A stretch of DNA of 64,000 nucleotides, taken from an uncultured Candidatus Rokubacteria bacterium. GTDB lineage: Bacteria > Methylomirabilota > Methylomirabilia > Rokubacteriales > CSP1-6. Below are positions 23,611 to 32,550 of the stretch, piece by piece. Both the position numbers and the translations under genes were made by a program. Position 1 is the stretch's first letter. Each line of letters opens with the position of its first letter. The notes beneath the pieces were generated by a model. The model was not told the DNA's origin, did not search any database, and saw nothing but the letters and a program-made list of their open reading frames with translations. The DNA lies in the NCBI GenBank assembly GCA_963762145.1, contig CAVXJS010000015.1:64001-128000 (forward strand), given 5' to 3'.

Positions 23611-24378
23611 TCACGCAACAGGTCGGCCGTGCATGGCGGCCAACGCCGCGTCGTGCAGGAGCCCGTTGCTGGCGAAAACGGTACTGCCGTGGATCCCGTC
23701 CCGCCCATCGAGATCGGTGAGGCGGCCGCCCGCCTCTTCCACGATGACCTTCAGCGCGGCCACGTCCCACGCCTTCACGGTGGTCGAGAGCGCGATCTCG
23801 CCCTGCCCCTCGGCCACCCAGAGATAGGCCGAGAAGTCGCCGAAGCCGCGCTGGACCTGCGTCCGATCGGCCAGGCGCAGGAACCCGTCCCAGTAGGCGC
23901 TCCGCCGCAGGAAGTTCACCGAGGAGTGCACGACCAGCGCGCGGTCGAGCGCGTCCACCGAGGACACGCGGATCCGCGTCCCGTCGCGCCAGGCCCCCTG
24001 CCCGCGCCAGGCGGTGTGCAGCACGCCCGGGACCGGCTGGAACACCGCGCCGGCCGTCACCACGCCGTGCTCCTCGAGGCCGATGAGCACCGCCCAGGTG
24101 GGGATGCGCCGCACGAAGTTCCGGGTCCCGTCGATGGGGTCGATGATGAAGCGCCGATCCGGCGGGCCCGCCTCGCCCAGCTCCTCGCCCAGCACGCCGT
24201 GGTCGGGACAGCGCGCGCGCAGCACGGCCGCGATCGTCCGCTCGGCCTCCCGATCGGCCTCGGTGACCGGGGAGCGGTCGGGCTTGAGCGAGACCGCGAG
24301 CTCACGCCGGTAGTGTTCGAGCGCCACCGCGCCGCCCGCGCGGGCCGCTTCCACCATGATCTCGAGCCGTGGATCCAT
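23611..24378 (-). CDS. Inositol monophosphatase family (histidinol-phosphatase HisN-like)
   Basis: SPVTEADREAE, GEE, IIDPIDGTRNF and WDVAA. Confidence 0.88.
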   Translation of the reverse strand: MDPRLEIMVEAARAGGAVALEHYRRELAVSLKPDRSPVTEADREAERTIAAVLRARCPDHGVLGEELGEAGPPDRRFIIDPIDGTRNFVRRIPTWAVLIGLEEHGVVTAGAVFQPVPGVLHTAWRGQGAWRDGTRIRVSSVDALDRALVVHSSVNFLRRSAYWDGFLRLADRTQVQRGFGDFSAYLWVAEGQGEIALSTTVKAWDVAALKVIVEEAGGRLTDLDGRDGIHGSTVFASNGLLHDAALAAMHGRPVA

Positions 24379-24397
24379 GCCGAGAGGGAATTGTCCC

Positions 24398-25429
24398 TCA
24401 ACGGACCGGCGCCGCCAGCAGGAATTCTCGGATCGTGGCCGCGACCCCGTTCAGCCGGTGGACGCCGATCGACATGTGGTTGCGGTCGGCGATCTGCTGC
24501 ACCTTCACGTCCGGCAATTCCTGCCGGATACGCTCCATGCTGGCGTGCCGGAACGGCACCATCGTGTTCTGCTCGAAGTCGCGCAGCTTCTGCGCCAGCG
24601 CCGCATCGCTCCGATCGGTGGAAAAGAACGCGGTGGCATACAACGCCAGCGCGGGTGTCCGCACCTTCGTGTAGTCGCGCTTCCACGCGCCGAGCGTCGC
24701 GACCAGCAAGTCCACCGCTTTCCCGGCCGGCACCGGATGCAGAGTGCCGTCCGCGTCGGGCTGCGCGAGGTCGCGGAGATAGGCCTCGAGTCCGTTCGTC
24801 CACGGGGTGTCGCCGAGCCACGCGGCCCGGTACCACGCCCGCAACGCATCCAGCGAGCGCACGTCGGCGGCGCCGGGGCCGTTCACGGCGAGGATCTCAC
24901 CGAACGCGCTGAAGAAGGCCGGGGTGGACCAGTCGTAGCCGGCCTCCAGGTAGACGAGACGCTCCACGCGGGACGGATACTGGCCCGCGAACGCGGTGAT
25001 CTCGTTGCCGCCCATGGACCAGCCGAGCAGGCTGGCGCGCGGGATGCCGAGGTGGTCCAGTAGCTGGCGCAGGTCCTCCACCAGGGTGGCCGCGTCGTAC
25101 GGCCCGGGCGGGGCCTCCGACCGGCCGTGCCCCCGCCGCGCGTAGGCGACGATGCGGAATCGGTCGCGCAAGAGCAGGGCCAGATCGTCGAAGACGTGTG
25201 GATCGTCGCCCAGTCCGTGAATCATCACGAGCGGCGGCCCGTCGCCGCCCCAGTCGAGGTAGTTGAGCCTGACGCCGTTCACCCGGGCGAAGGCGGACCG
25301 GTGAGCGGAGACGTCGATGAAGCCGGCCAGCCCTTGAGCGCTCGTCGCCTCGGGGACCAGCGTCTCGCCGAGGCACACCGCAACCACGACCGCCGTTGAG
25401 ACAACCCCCGCGATGCGATGGAGGAGCAT
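24398..25429 (-). CDS. Secreted alpha/beta hydrolase
   Basis: YLDWGGDG, IHGLGD, RRGHGRS and the GWSMGG nucleophile elbow. Confidence 0.85.
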   Translation of the reverse strand: MLLHRIAGVVSTAVVVAVCLGETLVPEATSAQGLAGFIDVSAHRSAFARVNGVRLNYLDWGGDGPPLVMIHGLGDDPHVFDDLALLLRDRFRIVAYARRGHGRSEAPPGPYDAATLVEDLRQLLDHLGIPRASLLGWSMGGNEITAFAGQYPSRVERLVYLEAGYDWSTPAFFSAFGEILAVNGPGAADVRSLDALRAWYRAAWLGDTPWTNGLEAYLRDLAQPDADGTLHPVPAGKAVDLLVATLGAWKRDYTKVRTPALALYATAFFSTDRSDAALAQKLRDFEQNTMVPFRHASMERIRQELPDVKVQQIADRNHMSIGVHRLNGVAATIREFLLAAPVR

Positions 25430-25440
25430 CACGTCATGCG

Positions 25441-25800
25441 CTAGCGGCGCCAGCCGCCGGCGAATCGACCGCCGCCTCCACCGAACCGGTCGCCCCAGCC
25501 TCCGCCGCCGCCGGACCAGCCGCCTCCACCGGACCAGCCCCCGCCCCGCGGCTCTGGCTGAAGCTGTCGAAGCGGTCATCGCCCCGGGGCGCGCGCCTGC
25601 TGCTCGCCGCTCCCCCACGAGGGCGTGCTCGCGCCTTGCCATCCGCTCGCGCTGTGCTGCTGCCACCCACCCGTGGTGCCCTTGTAGACCTGACCGTTCT
25701 TGTCGGCGTAGACATCGTTGCCTTCGCGAGCTGCTCCGTCGGTCGTGCGCGGTTGGCCGGTACTGGCGGAATAGGCCCCGCTCGTGCCGGTTAGGTTGTC
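25441..25800 (-). pseudogene. Remnant C-terminus of a Gly/Trp-rich secreted protein
   Basis: GNDVYADKNGQVYK...GWQ...DRFDSFSQSR then GGGWSGGGGWSGGGGGGWGDRFGGGGGRFAGGWRR* across frameshifts. No credible start. Confidence 0.5.
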
Positions 25801-25918
25801 AGGCCGGCCGGGGATTGGTCTATAGGACCTTGGGCTTATCGATCCTGGGCGCCCGCGGTATGCTGGAGCGCCGCCGCACCCTGAGCGGGTGGGCGCTACC
25901 CTCACCAGGAGGATGCCG

Positions 25919-26497
25919 ATGAGCCGCTCCGAGACCCCGCCCGGCCCCCGCTTCACGCCTCTCACCGAAGCCGCCATGACCCCGCGCCAGCGCGAGAGCT
26001 ACCAGGCCATCGTCTCGGGGCCGCGCAAGGGAGCCCGCGGGCCCTTCAACGCGCTGCTGCGCAGCCCGGAGGTGGCGGACCGCGTGCAGAAGATCGGCGA
26101 GTACATCCGCTTCCAGTCCTCGATCCCGCCTGCGCTCAACGAGATGGCCATCCTGATCACCGGGCGCTTCTGGGGCGCGCAGTACGAGTTCTGGGCCCAC
26201 AGCCAGCTCGCGCGCACCGCCGGCCTCCCCGACGCGATCATCGACGCGATCGCGGAGAACCGCCGCCCCGCGACGATGACCGACGACCAGCGGATCGTTC
26301 ACGATTTCTGCACCGAGCTGTTCCGCGACAAGGCGGTGTCGGACGCCACCTTCAAGGCCGCCGTCGACCGCTTCGGCGAGCAGGGCGTCATCGACCTGAT
26401 CGCGGCGTCCGGCTACTACTCGATCGTCTCGATGGTGCTGAACGTGGATCGCCATCCCCTGCCCGCCGGGGAGCGCCCGCCGCTCAAGCCGCTCTAG
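25919..26497 (+). CDS. Carboxymuconolactone decarboxylase/AhpD-like family protein
   Basis: GPFNALLRSP, EMAILITGR and YEFWAH; AGGAGG RBS. Confidence 0.8.
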   Translation: MSRSETPPGPRFTPLTEAAMTPRQRESYQAIVSGPRKGARGPFNALLRSPEVADRVQKIGEYIRFQSSIPPALNEMAILITGRFWGAQYEFWAHSQLARTAGLPDAIIDAIAENRRPATMTDDQRIVHDFCTELFRDKAVSDATFKAAVDRFGEQGVIDLIAASGYYSIVSMVLNVDRHPLPAGERPPLKPL

Positions 26498-26550
26498 TCA
26501 CGTCGCGCCCGCCGCCCGCTGATCCCGCCGGCGTGGAGTAAGATACCGGG

Positions 26551-27471
26551 GTGCCGCCGCCCAAGCTCATGTCCATGCGGGACGCCGTCGCCCGCTTCGT
26601 GCCGGACGGCGCCTCGATCTGCATGGGCACGGCGCTCGAAGCGCTCATCCCCTTCGCGGCGGGCCACGAGCTGATCCGCCAGCGCCGGCGCGACCTCACC
26701 CTCATCGGCCCCATCTCCGACATCCTCTTCGACCAGCTCATCGGCGCGGGCTGCGTGCGCCGGGTGATCGCGGCCTGGGTCGGCAACGTCAGCGCCGGCC
26801 TCGGCTACAACTATCGCCGCGCGGTCGAGCAGCGTGAGCCCGGGCCGATCGACGTGGAGGACCACTCGAACCTCTCCATCGCCTTCGCGCTCCAGGCCGC
26901 CGCCCTCGGCGTGCCCTACCTGCCCACGCGGTCGTTGCTCGGCACCGATCTCCCGCGCTCCAACCCGACTTTCAAGGCGGCGACCGATCCCTGGTCGGGC
27001 GCCCCGCTCCTGCTGGTGCCCGCGATCGCGCCCGATGTGGCGATCCTCCACGTGCAGCGCGCCGACGAGGAAGGCCACGCGCACGTCTGGGGCACGCTCG
27101 GGGTGACGCGCCAGGCCGCCTTCGCGGCGAAGCGCGTGATCATCGTGGCCGAGGAGATCCGGCCGCGCGCGCGCATCCTGAGCGATCCGGGCCTCGTGCT
27201 CACCCCCGCGCTCAAGGTGGCCGCCGTCGTCCACGAGCCCTGGGGCGCGTTCCCCTCGCCGGTGCAGGGCTACTACGGCCGCCGTCACGACTTCTATCAC
27301 CGCTTCCACGAGGAGAGCCGGACCCCGGAGGGCTTCCGGCAGTGGCTCGATCATTGGGTCCACGGAGTCCCCGACTGGAAGGCCTTCCTCTCCCGCCTCG
27401 ACGCGGGCGTCCTCGACGCGGTGCGGGTCCGACACCCCTTGCCGTCCGAGCCACTCGACTACGGAGCCTGA
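26551..27471 (+). CDS. CoA-transferase subunit A (glutaconate CoA-transferase-like)
   Basis: IPFAAGHELIRQ, GVPYLPTRSLLGTD and ILHVQRADEEG. Confidence 0.85.
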   Translation: MPPPKLMSMRDAVARFVPDGASICMGTALEALIPFAAGHELIRQRRRDLTLIGPISDILFDQLIGAGCVRRVIAAWVGNVSAGLGYNYRRAVEQREPGPIDVEDHSNLSIAFALQAAALGVPYLPTRSLLGTDLPRSNPTFKAATDPWSGAPLLLVPAIAPDVAILHVQRADEEGHAHVWGTLGVTRQAAFAAKRVIIVAEEIRPRARILSDPGLVLTPALKVAAVVHEPWGAFPSPVQGYYGRRHDFYHRFHEESRTPEGFRQWLDHWVHGVPDWKAFLSRLDAGVLDAVRVRHPLPSEPLDYGA

Positions 27472-27474
27472 GCC

Positions 27475-28593
27475 ATGAAGATCACCGCCATCGAGGCCGT
27501 GCCGCTCGCGATTCCCCTCAAGCCGATGACGCCGCCGTCGCCCTGGACCGGCGGCACGCGCAAGCAGATCTACGTGGTCGTGCACACCGACGAGGGCGTC
27601 ACCGGCCTCGGCGAGGCCTTCGCCTACGGCGCGCCGCTCGCGGTCGTGAGCGTCATCGAGGAGAGCCTGGCCCCGCTCGTGGTCGGGCTCGACCCGCTCG
27701 CGATCGAGGCGGTCGTGGACGTGATGCATCGGGGCACCATGATCTACGGCCGGCGCGGGCTCGGCATGTTCGCGATCAGCGGGATCGAGATCGCGCTGTG
27801 GGACCTGCTCGGCAAGGTGCGCAACGCTCCGGTGTACGAGCTGCTGGGCGGCGCCCGGCGGCCGCGCCTGCCCGCCTACGCGAGCCTCCTGCGCTACGAG
27901 ACGCCGGAGGCGGTCGCGGGCGCCTGCCGCCACTTCGTGGCGCAGGGCTTCCGCATGCTCAAGCTGCACCAGACCGACGTGGCCTCGGTGGCCGCGGCGC
28001 GCGCCGCGGTGGGCCCCGACGTGGAGCTGATGCTCGACACCAACTGCCCCTGGACGCCCTTCGAGGCCATCGCGATGGCCCGCGCGCTCGAGCCGTACCG
28101 CCTCTTCTGGTTGGAGGAGCCGGTGTGGCCGCCGGAGGACTACGCGGGCCTCGCGCGCGTCGCCGCCGCCACCGAGACCCCGATCGCGCTGGGCGAGAAC
28201 GAGTCCACGCTCTACGGCTTCAACGAGATCGTGCGGCAGCGAGCGGGCGACGTGCTGCAGCCGAGCATCACCAAGGTCGGCGGCATCTCGGAGTTCCGGA
28301 AGATCGCCGCGCTGGCCCAGGCCGCGAACCTGCCGATCGCCCCGCACTCGTTCTACTTCGGGCCCGGGCTGGCCGCCACGCTGCACGTGGCCGCGACGTT
28401 CGGCGGGCCCCTGCCGGTGGAGTTCCCGACCGGCGACCAGGAGACGCCGTTCCTGGCCCGGCCGATCCAGGCGCGCGACGGCTGGATGGAGGTGCCGAAG
28501 GGCCCCGGCCTCGGCGTCGAGCTCAACCCCGAAGCCATCCGCCGCCACCCCTTCGTCAAGGGCACCGCCCAGATCTTCGACCTCCGCCCGTGA
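27475..28593 (+). CDS. Mandelate racemase/muconate lactonizing enzyme family
   Basis: TDEGVTGLGE, ISGIEIALWDL, LMLD, WLEEP, IALGEN and QPSITKVGG. Confidence 0.9.
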   Translation: MKITAIEAVPLAIPLKPMTPPSPWTGGTRKQIYVVVHTDEGVTGLGEAFAYGAPLAVVSVIEESLAPLVVGLDPLAIEAVVDVMHRGTMIYGRRGLGMFAISGIEIALWDLLGKVRNAPVYELLGGARRPRLPAYASLLRYETPEAVAGACRHFVAQGFRMLKLHQTDVASVAAARAAVGPDVELMLDTNCPWTPFEAIAMARALEPYRLFWLEEPVWPPEDYAGLARVAAATETPIALGENESTLYGFNEIVRQRAGDVLQPSITKVGGISEFRKIAALAQAANLPIAPHSFYFGPGLAATLHVAATFGGPLPVEFPTGDQETPFLARPIQARDGWMEVPKGPGLGVELNPEAIRRHPFVKGTAQIFDLRP

Positions 28594-28604
28594 CACGCGA
28601 CCGC

Positions 28605-28690
28605 CGGGCCGCGGGATTGAAGGAACAGCGGATTGCCGGGCCGCAAGATTGCCGGACCGCGGGATTGCCTGGCCACCCGGTTGCCAGCAC
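28605..28690. repeat. Degenerate ~16-bp tandem repeats (GATTGCCGG-CCGC core)
   Basis: gattgccgggccgcaa / gattgccggaccgcgg / gattgcctggccaccc in an intergenic gap. Confidence 0.55.
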
Positions 28691-28755
28691 GCCCCGATGA
28701 GCCCGCAGGGCGAAGAGGCCAAACCGCAAACCGAGATCATCTACATCCAAGCGCT

Positions 28756-29538
28756 ATGAAAGAGAAGCTTCCGGTAGATTTCACGGAGCGCGAGCTGATG
28801 GTGATAGCCGCCGCGCGCGAGATCCGCGACGACGACGTGGTCTTCGTCGGCATGCGGCTGCCCCTGATCGCGTTCGCCTACGCCAAGCGCACGCATGCGC
28901 CCGGGGCCACCGGCCTCTTCGAGAACGGCATCGTGCGCGATCAGCCGGCGCCCGAGACGCTGATGACCATGAGCGACACGCCGAACATCCCGGGCGCCCT
29001 GTGGTGCACGGGCACGCTCGAGATCATGGCGTTCCTCCAGCAGGGGCTGGTGGACCTGGGGTTCATCGGCGGCGCCGAGATCGACCGGTTCGGCAACCTG
29101 AACACGTCCTACATCGGGGACTGGCGCCGGCCGAAGCTGCGGCTGCCCGGCAGCGGCGGCGGCGCCGACATCGCGAGCCTCGCCCGGCGCTTCGTGGTGA
29201 TCATGCCGCAGGAGAAGCATCGCTTCCGCGAGCGCGTGGACTACATCACCTCGCCCGGCTTCGGCGACGGGCCGGGCTGGCGCGCGCGGGTCGGGCTCAC
29301 CGGCGGCGGGCCCGCCGCGGTCGTCACCACGCTGGGCGTCTTCCGCTTCGACCCCGCAAGCTGCGAGATGTACCTGGCCTCCTATCATCCCGGGCAGAGC
29401 GTGGAGAGCGTCCAGGCCGCGACCGGGTTCACGCTCCGGCCCGCGCCCGACGTGGGACCGACCCCGACGCCCACCGCGGCGGAGCTCGCCATCGTCCGCG
29501 CATGCGACCCCGCCGGCTTCTGGACCCGCAGCGCGTGA
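28756..29538 (+). CDS. CoA-transferase subunit B
   Basis: VFVGMRLP, GGAEIDRFGNLNT, LPGSGGGAD and VDYITSPG. Confidence 0.88.
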   Translation: MKEKLPVDFTERELMVIAAAREIRDDDVVFVGMRLPLIAFAYAKRTHAPGATGLFENGIVRDQPAPETLMTMSDTPNIPGALWCTGTLEIMAFLQQGLVDLGFIGGAEIDRFGNLNTSYIGDWRRPKLRLPGSGGGADIASLARRFVVIMPQEKHRFRERVDYITSPGFGDGPGWRARVGLTGGGPAAVVTTLGVFRFDPASCEMYLASYHPGQSVESVQAATGFTLRPAPDVGPTPTPTAAELAIVRACDPAGFWTRSA

Positions 29539-30873
29539 CCCCGGCCGATCCGGCGGTGGCGGCGGGCCGGCGGTGGCTGATGTGGGGGATCCCGGCCCTC
29601 ATCTTCCTCATCGCGTTCCTGCACCGCGCGGCGCCCGGCGTGATCGCCAAGGAGCTCATGCAGGCGTTCGAGATCACCGGCACCGTGGTGGGCCTGCTCT
29701 CCGCGATGTACTTCTACTCCTACGCGGGCTTCATGGTCCCGGGCGGGGTGCTGATCGACAGCGTGGGCCCGCGCTGGGTGATCGCGGGCGGCGGGGCGGT
29801 GATGGGCGTGGGCTCGCTCGCGATGGGGCTCGCCGCGAGCCCCACCGTGCTCTTCGCCGGCCGCCTGCTGGTGGGCCTGGGCGCGACCGTGACCTTCACC
29901 GGGGCGCTCAAGATCGCGGCGAACTGGTTCCCGCGATCGCAGTTCGGGATGATGTCCGCGCTGACCGCGACGGTGGGCGTGCTCGGCGCGCTCGTCGGCA
30001 GCGCGCCCCTCGCCGCGCTGGCCGGGAGCGTGTCCTGGCGCGGGCGCCCTCATCATCATCGGCGCGGCCACGCTGGCGGCCGCGCTCCTCTGCGCCGCCG
30101 CGGTGCGCGATCAGCCCGCGGACGCGCCGCGTGCGTCCGCCGACGCGGCGTCGCTCCGGGTCGTGCTCGCCGGCACGCTCCAGGTGCTGCGCAACCCGCA
30201 CACCTGGCCGCCCTTCCTCTGCTTCTTCTTCCTCTACGCCGCGATGGGCAACTTCTTCCTGTGGAGCGTGCCGTTCCTCCGGGACGTCTACCAGCTCCCC
30301 ATCACGCAGGCCGCGCTCTACGCCTCCCTGCCCTCGCTCGCGCTCCTGGTCTCCGCGCCGCTGACCGGATATCTGTCCGACCGCGTGCTGCACCGCCGGA
30401 AGCTCCCCTACATCGTCCTGGTCGCCGGGCAGTTCCTGGTGTGGCTCGCGTTCCTCCTGACGCTCGGCACCCTCGCGCTGCCCGGGGTCTGCGCGCTCTT
30501 CGTGCTCCTGGGCGTCATGGGCGGCGCCTTCGTGCTCACCTGGCCGATGGGAGCCGAGGTGAACCCGCCCGAGCTCGCGGGCAGCGCGGTCGCGGTAACC
30601 AACCTGGGCGGCTTCGTGGGCGCCGCCCTCACCCAGGGTCCGGTGGGCGCCGTGCTCGACGCGGGATGGACCGGCGCCCTCGTCGAGGGGGCCCGCGTGT
30701 ACCCGGTGGCGTCCTACCGCGGCGCGTTCGCGCTCTGTGTCCTGTTCGTGCTCCTGGGTGCCGCGATCAGCCTCCTGCTGAAGGAGACGCACGGGGAGAA
30801 CGTCCATCACCGGCTGCGCCCGGCCCATCCGCCCGCGGGAACCGCGCCCCGTAGGGCTCGGGGGGAATCCTGA
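29535..30873 (+). CDS. MFS transporter; frameshift near 30045
   Basis: About 12 TM segments over two frames; motif-A-like GVLIDSVGPR and GYLSDRV. Confidence 0.82.
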
Positions 30874-31371
30874 GCGCGTTGGTGACGAACGCGATCAGGT
30901 GGTAGAACCCGGCCAGCGCGATCAGCTCGATGAGCTGCGGCTCGGTCCACTCGGTCCGCAGCGCGGCCCAGAGGGCGTCGTCCACCCGGGCCCGGTCGTG
31001 GAGGGCGTCCACCAGCCGGAGGAGGAGGCGCTCGCGCTCCGGGAACGCGGCGGCCTCCGCCTCGGGCGCGCAGGTGGCCGCGACCTGGGACGCGGTGAGG
31101 CCGACCCGCTCGGCGAAGAAGGCCACGTGCACGCCCCATTCGTACTCGGAGCCGCAGCGTGCACAGGTCCGGTCGATGACGATCTCGCGCTCGCGCAGGC
31201 TGATCGAGCCGCGGTCCAGCAGGCCGCCCGCCATCACGCGCAGGAAGACCCGCTCGTTGACCGCGAGGGTGCGGAAAGCGCGAGGGGCGCCGGCGGCATG
31301 ACGCGGTCGAGCGCTTCCTGGACCAGCGGCGACTAGGGGGCCTCGAGGGGGGCGATGCGGGCAGCGGTCAT
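30767..31371 (-). pseudogene. CMD/AhpD-like protein with in-frame TAG and frameshift near the 5' end
   Basis: REREIVIDRTCARCGSEYEWGVH; the N-terminus reads MTAARIAPLEAP*. Confidence 0.65.
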
Positions 31372-31393
31372 GGCGTCGATCCTCCGGACATCC

Positions 31394-31442
31394 CTGCTAT
31401 CGTTTCAGTAGCAGACATCCTACCGCTACGTATTCAGTAGCG
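31394..31442. promoter_or_regulatory. Tandem palindromic operators between divergent CMD and HxlR genes
   Basis: CTGCTA-N9-TAGCAG (31394-31414) and CGCTAC-N7-GTAGCG (31424-31442). Confidence 0.65.
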
Positions 31443-31455
31443 CAAGAGAGGCGCG

Positions 31456-31818
31456 ATGGCGGGGACGCCCAGGCTGGGACGGCCGGTCCGGGGCTCGCGG
31501 ACGGGGCGGCCGATCATGGCCCTCCTGGACCTGCTGAGCCGGCGCTGGACGCTGCGGGTGATCTGGGAGCTGCGCGGCGGCCGGCTGACCTTTCGCGCGC
31601 TCCAGGAGGCCTGCGGGGGCGTGAGCCCGACCGTGCTCAACGAGCGGCTGCGCGAGCTGCGGGAGAGCGGGCTGCTCGACTCGGCGGGCGCGGCGGGCTA
31701 CGGCCTCACGCGGATGGGGCGCGATCTGATCGAGCAGTTCCTGCCGCTGGTCGCCTGGTCGGCCCGGTGGGCCGCCGCGGTCACTCGCGGTCGAGGAACC
31801 CCTCGGTCATCGCGTTGA
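31456..31818 (+). CDS. HxlR-family winged-helix regulator
   Basis: LDLLSRRWTLRVIWEL, SPTVLNERLREL and YGLT. Confidence 0.88.
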   Translation: MAGTPRLGRPVRGSRTGRPIMALLDLLSRRWTLRVIWELRGGRLTFRALQEACGGVSPTVLNERLRELRESGLLDSAGAAGYGLTRMGRDLIEQFLPLVAWSARWAAAVTRGRGTPRSSR

Positions 31819-32510
31819 CCTCGGGGATGCCGGTGCGCGCGATCGCGTTGATGCGGGCCTTGACCTCGGCGAGCGGGCGGACCGGCTTCTTGGCCAGGAG
31901 CTGCGCGTACTCGAGCGCGGCCTGCGCCAGCTCCGCCCCCGGCACCACCCGATTCACGAGGCCCCACGCCTGGGCGTCGGCCGCCGAGTAGCGGCGCGCA
32001 GCCCATGATGATCTCCTTGGCGCGCGCCGGCCCGACCAGCCGCACGAAGCGGGTGGTGGTGCCGACCCGAGCGGCACGCCCAGGTCCACCTCCGGGATCC
32101 AGAACTGCGCCTCCGCGGCGGCGATGCGGAAGTCGCACGCGAGCGCGAGGCCCCAGCCGCCGCCGACCGCGTGGCCGTTGACCGCGGCGATCGTGGCCTG
32201 CTCGAGATTCTCCAGCAGCGCGTTCGACGCGCTCGAAGAGGCGACGGAACTGCGACTTGCGCGAGAGGAAGAGCCGGCGGCGCTCCTCCGGCGTCGCGGC
32301 CTTGGCGTGCCCGGCGTCGGCGCCGGCCGAGAAGACGGGCGGTGATCCGGTTAGGATAACGACTCTAGTAGTCGCGTCGTCGCGCAGCTCGGCGAAGGCC
32401 GCGCCCAGGTCGGTGAGCATCTCGTCGCTCAGCGAGTTGCGGCGGTCCGGGCGGTTCAGCGTGACGGTGGCGATGGGGCCGTCGCGGGTCAGAAGGACGT
32501 TGCCGGGCAA
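31781..32510 (-). CDS. Enoyl-CoA hydratase/isomerase; frameshifted
   Basis: TLNRPDRRNSL, FSAGAD, AAVNGHAVGGG and WGLVNRVV across frames. Confidence 0.85.
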
Positions 32511-32515
32511 AGCTA

Positions 32516-32550
32516 CCCCCTCACCTACCCTCTCCCCTGAGGGGAGAGGG
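32516..32550 (-). repeat. REP-like palindrome, copy 1
   Basis: CCCTCTCCCC-tga-GGGGAGAGGG hairpin plus CCCCTCACC tail; reverse complement of the copy at 44996. Confidence 0.75.

Noticed and set aside
28760-28775. 16-bp match AAGAGAAGCTTCCGGT, also near 60795
   Set aside because: About one 16-mer match is expected by chance in 64 kb, and the flanks are not similar.
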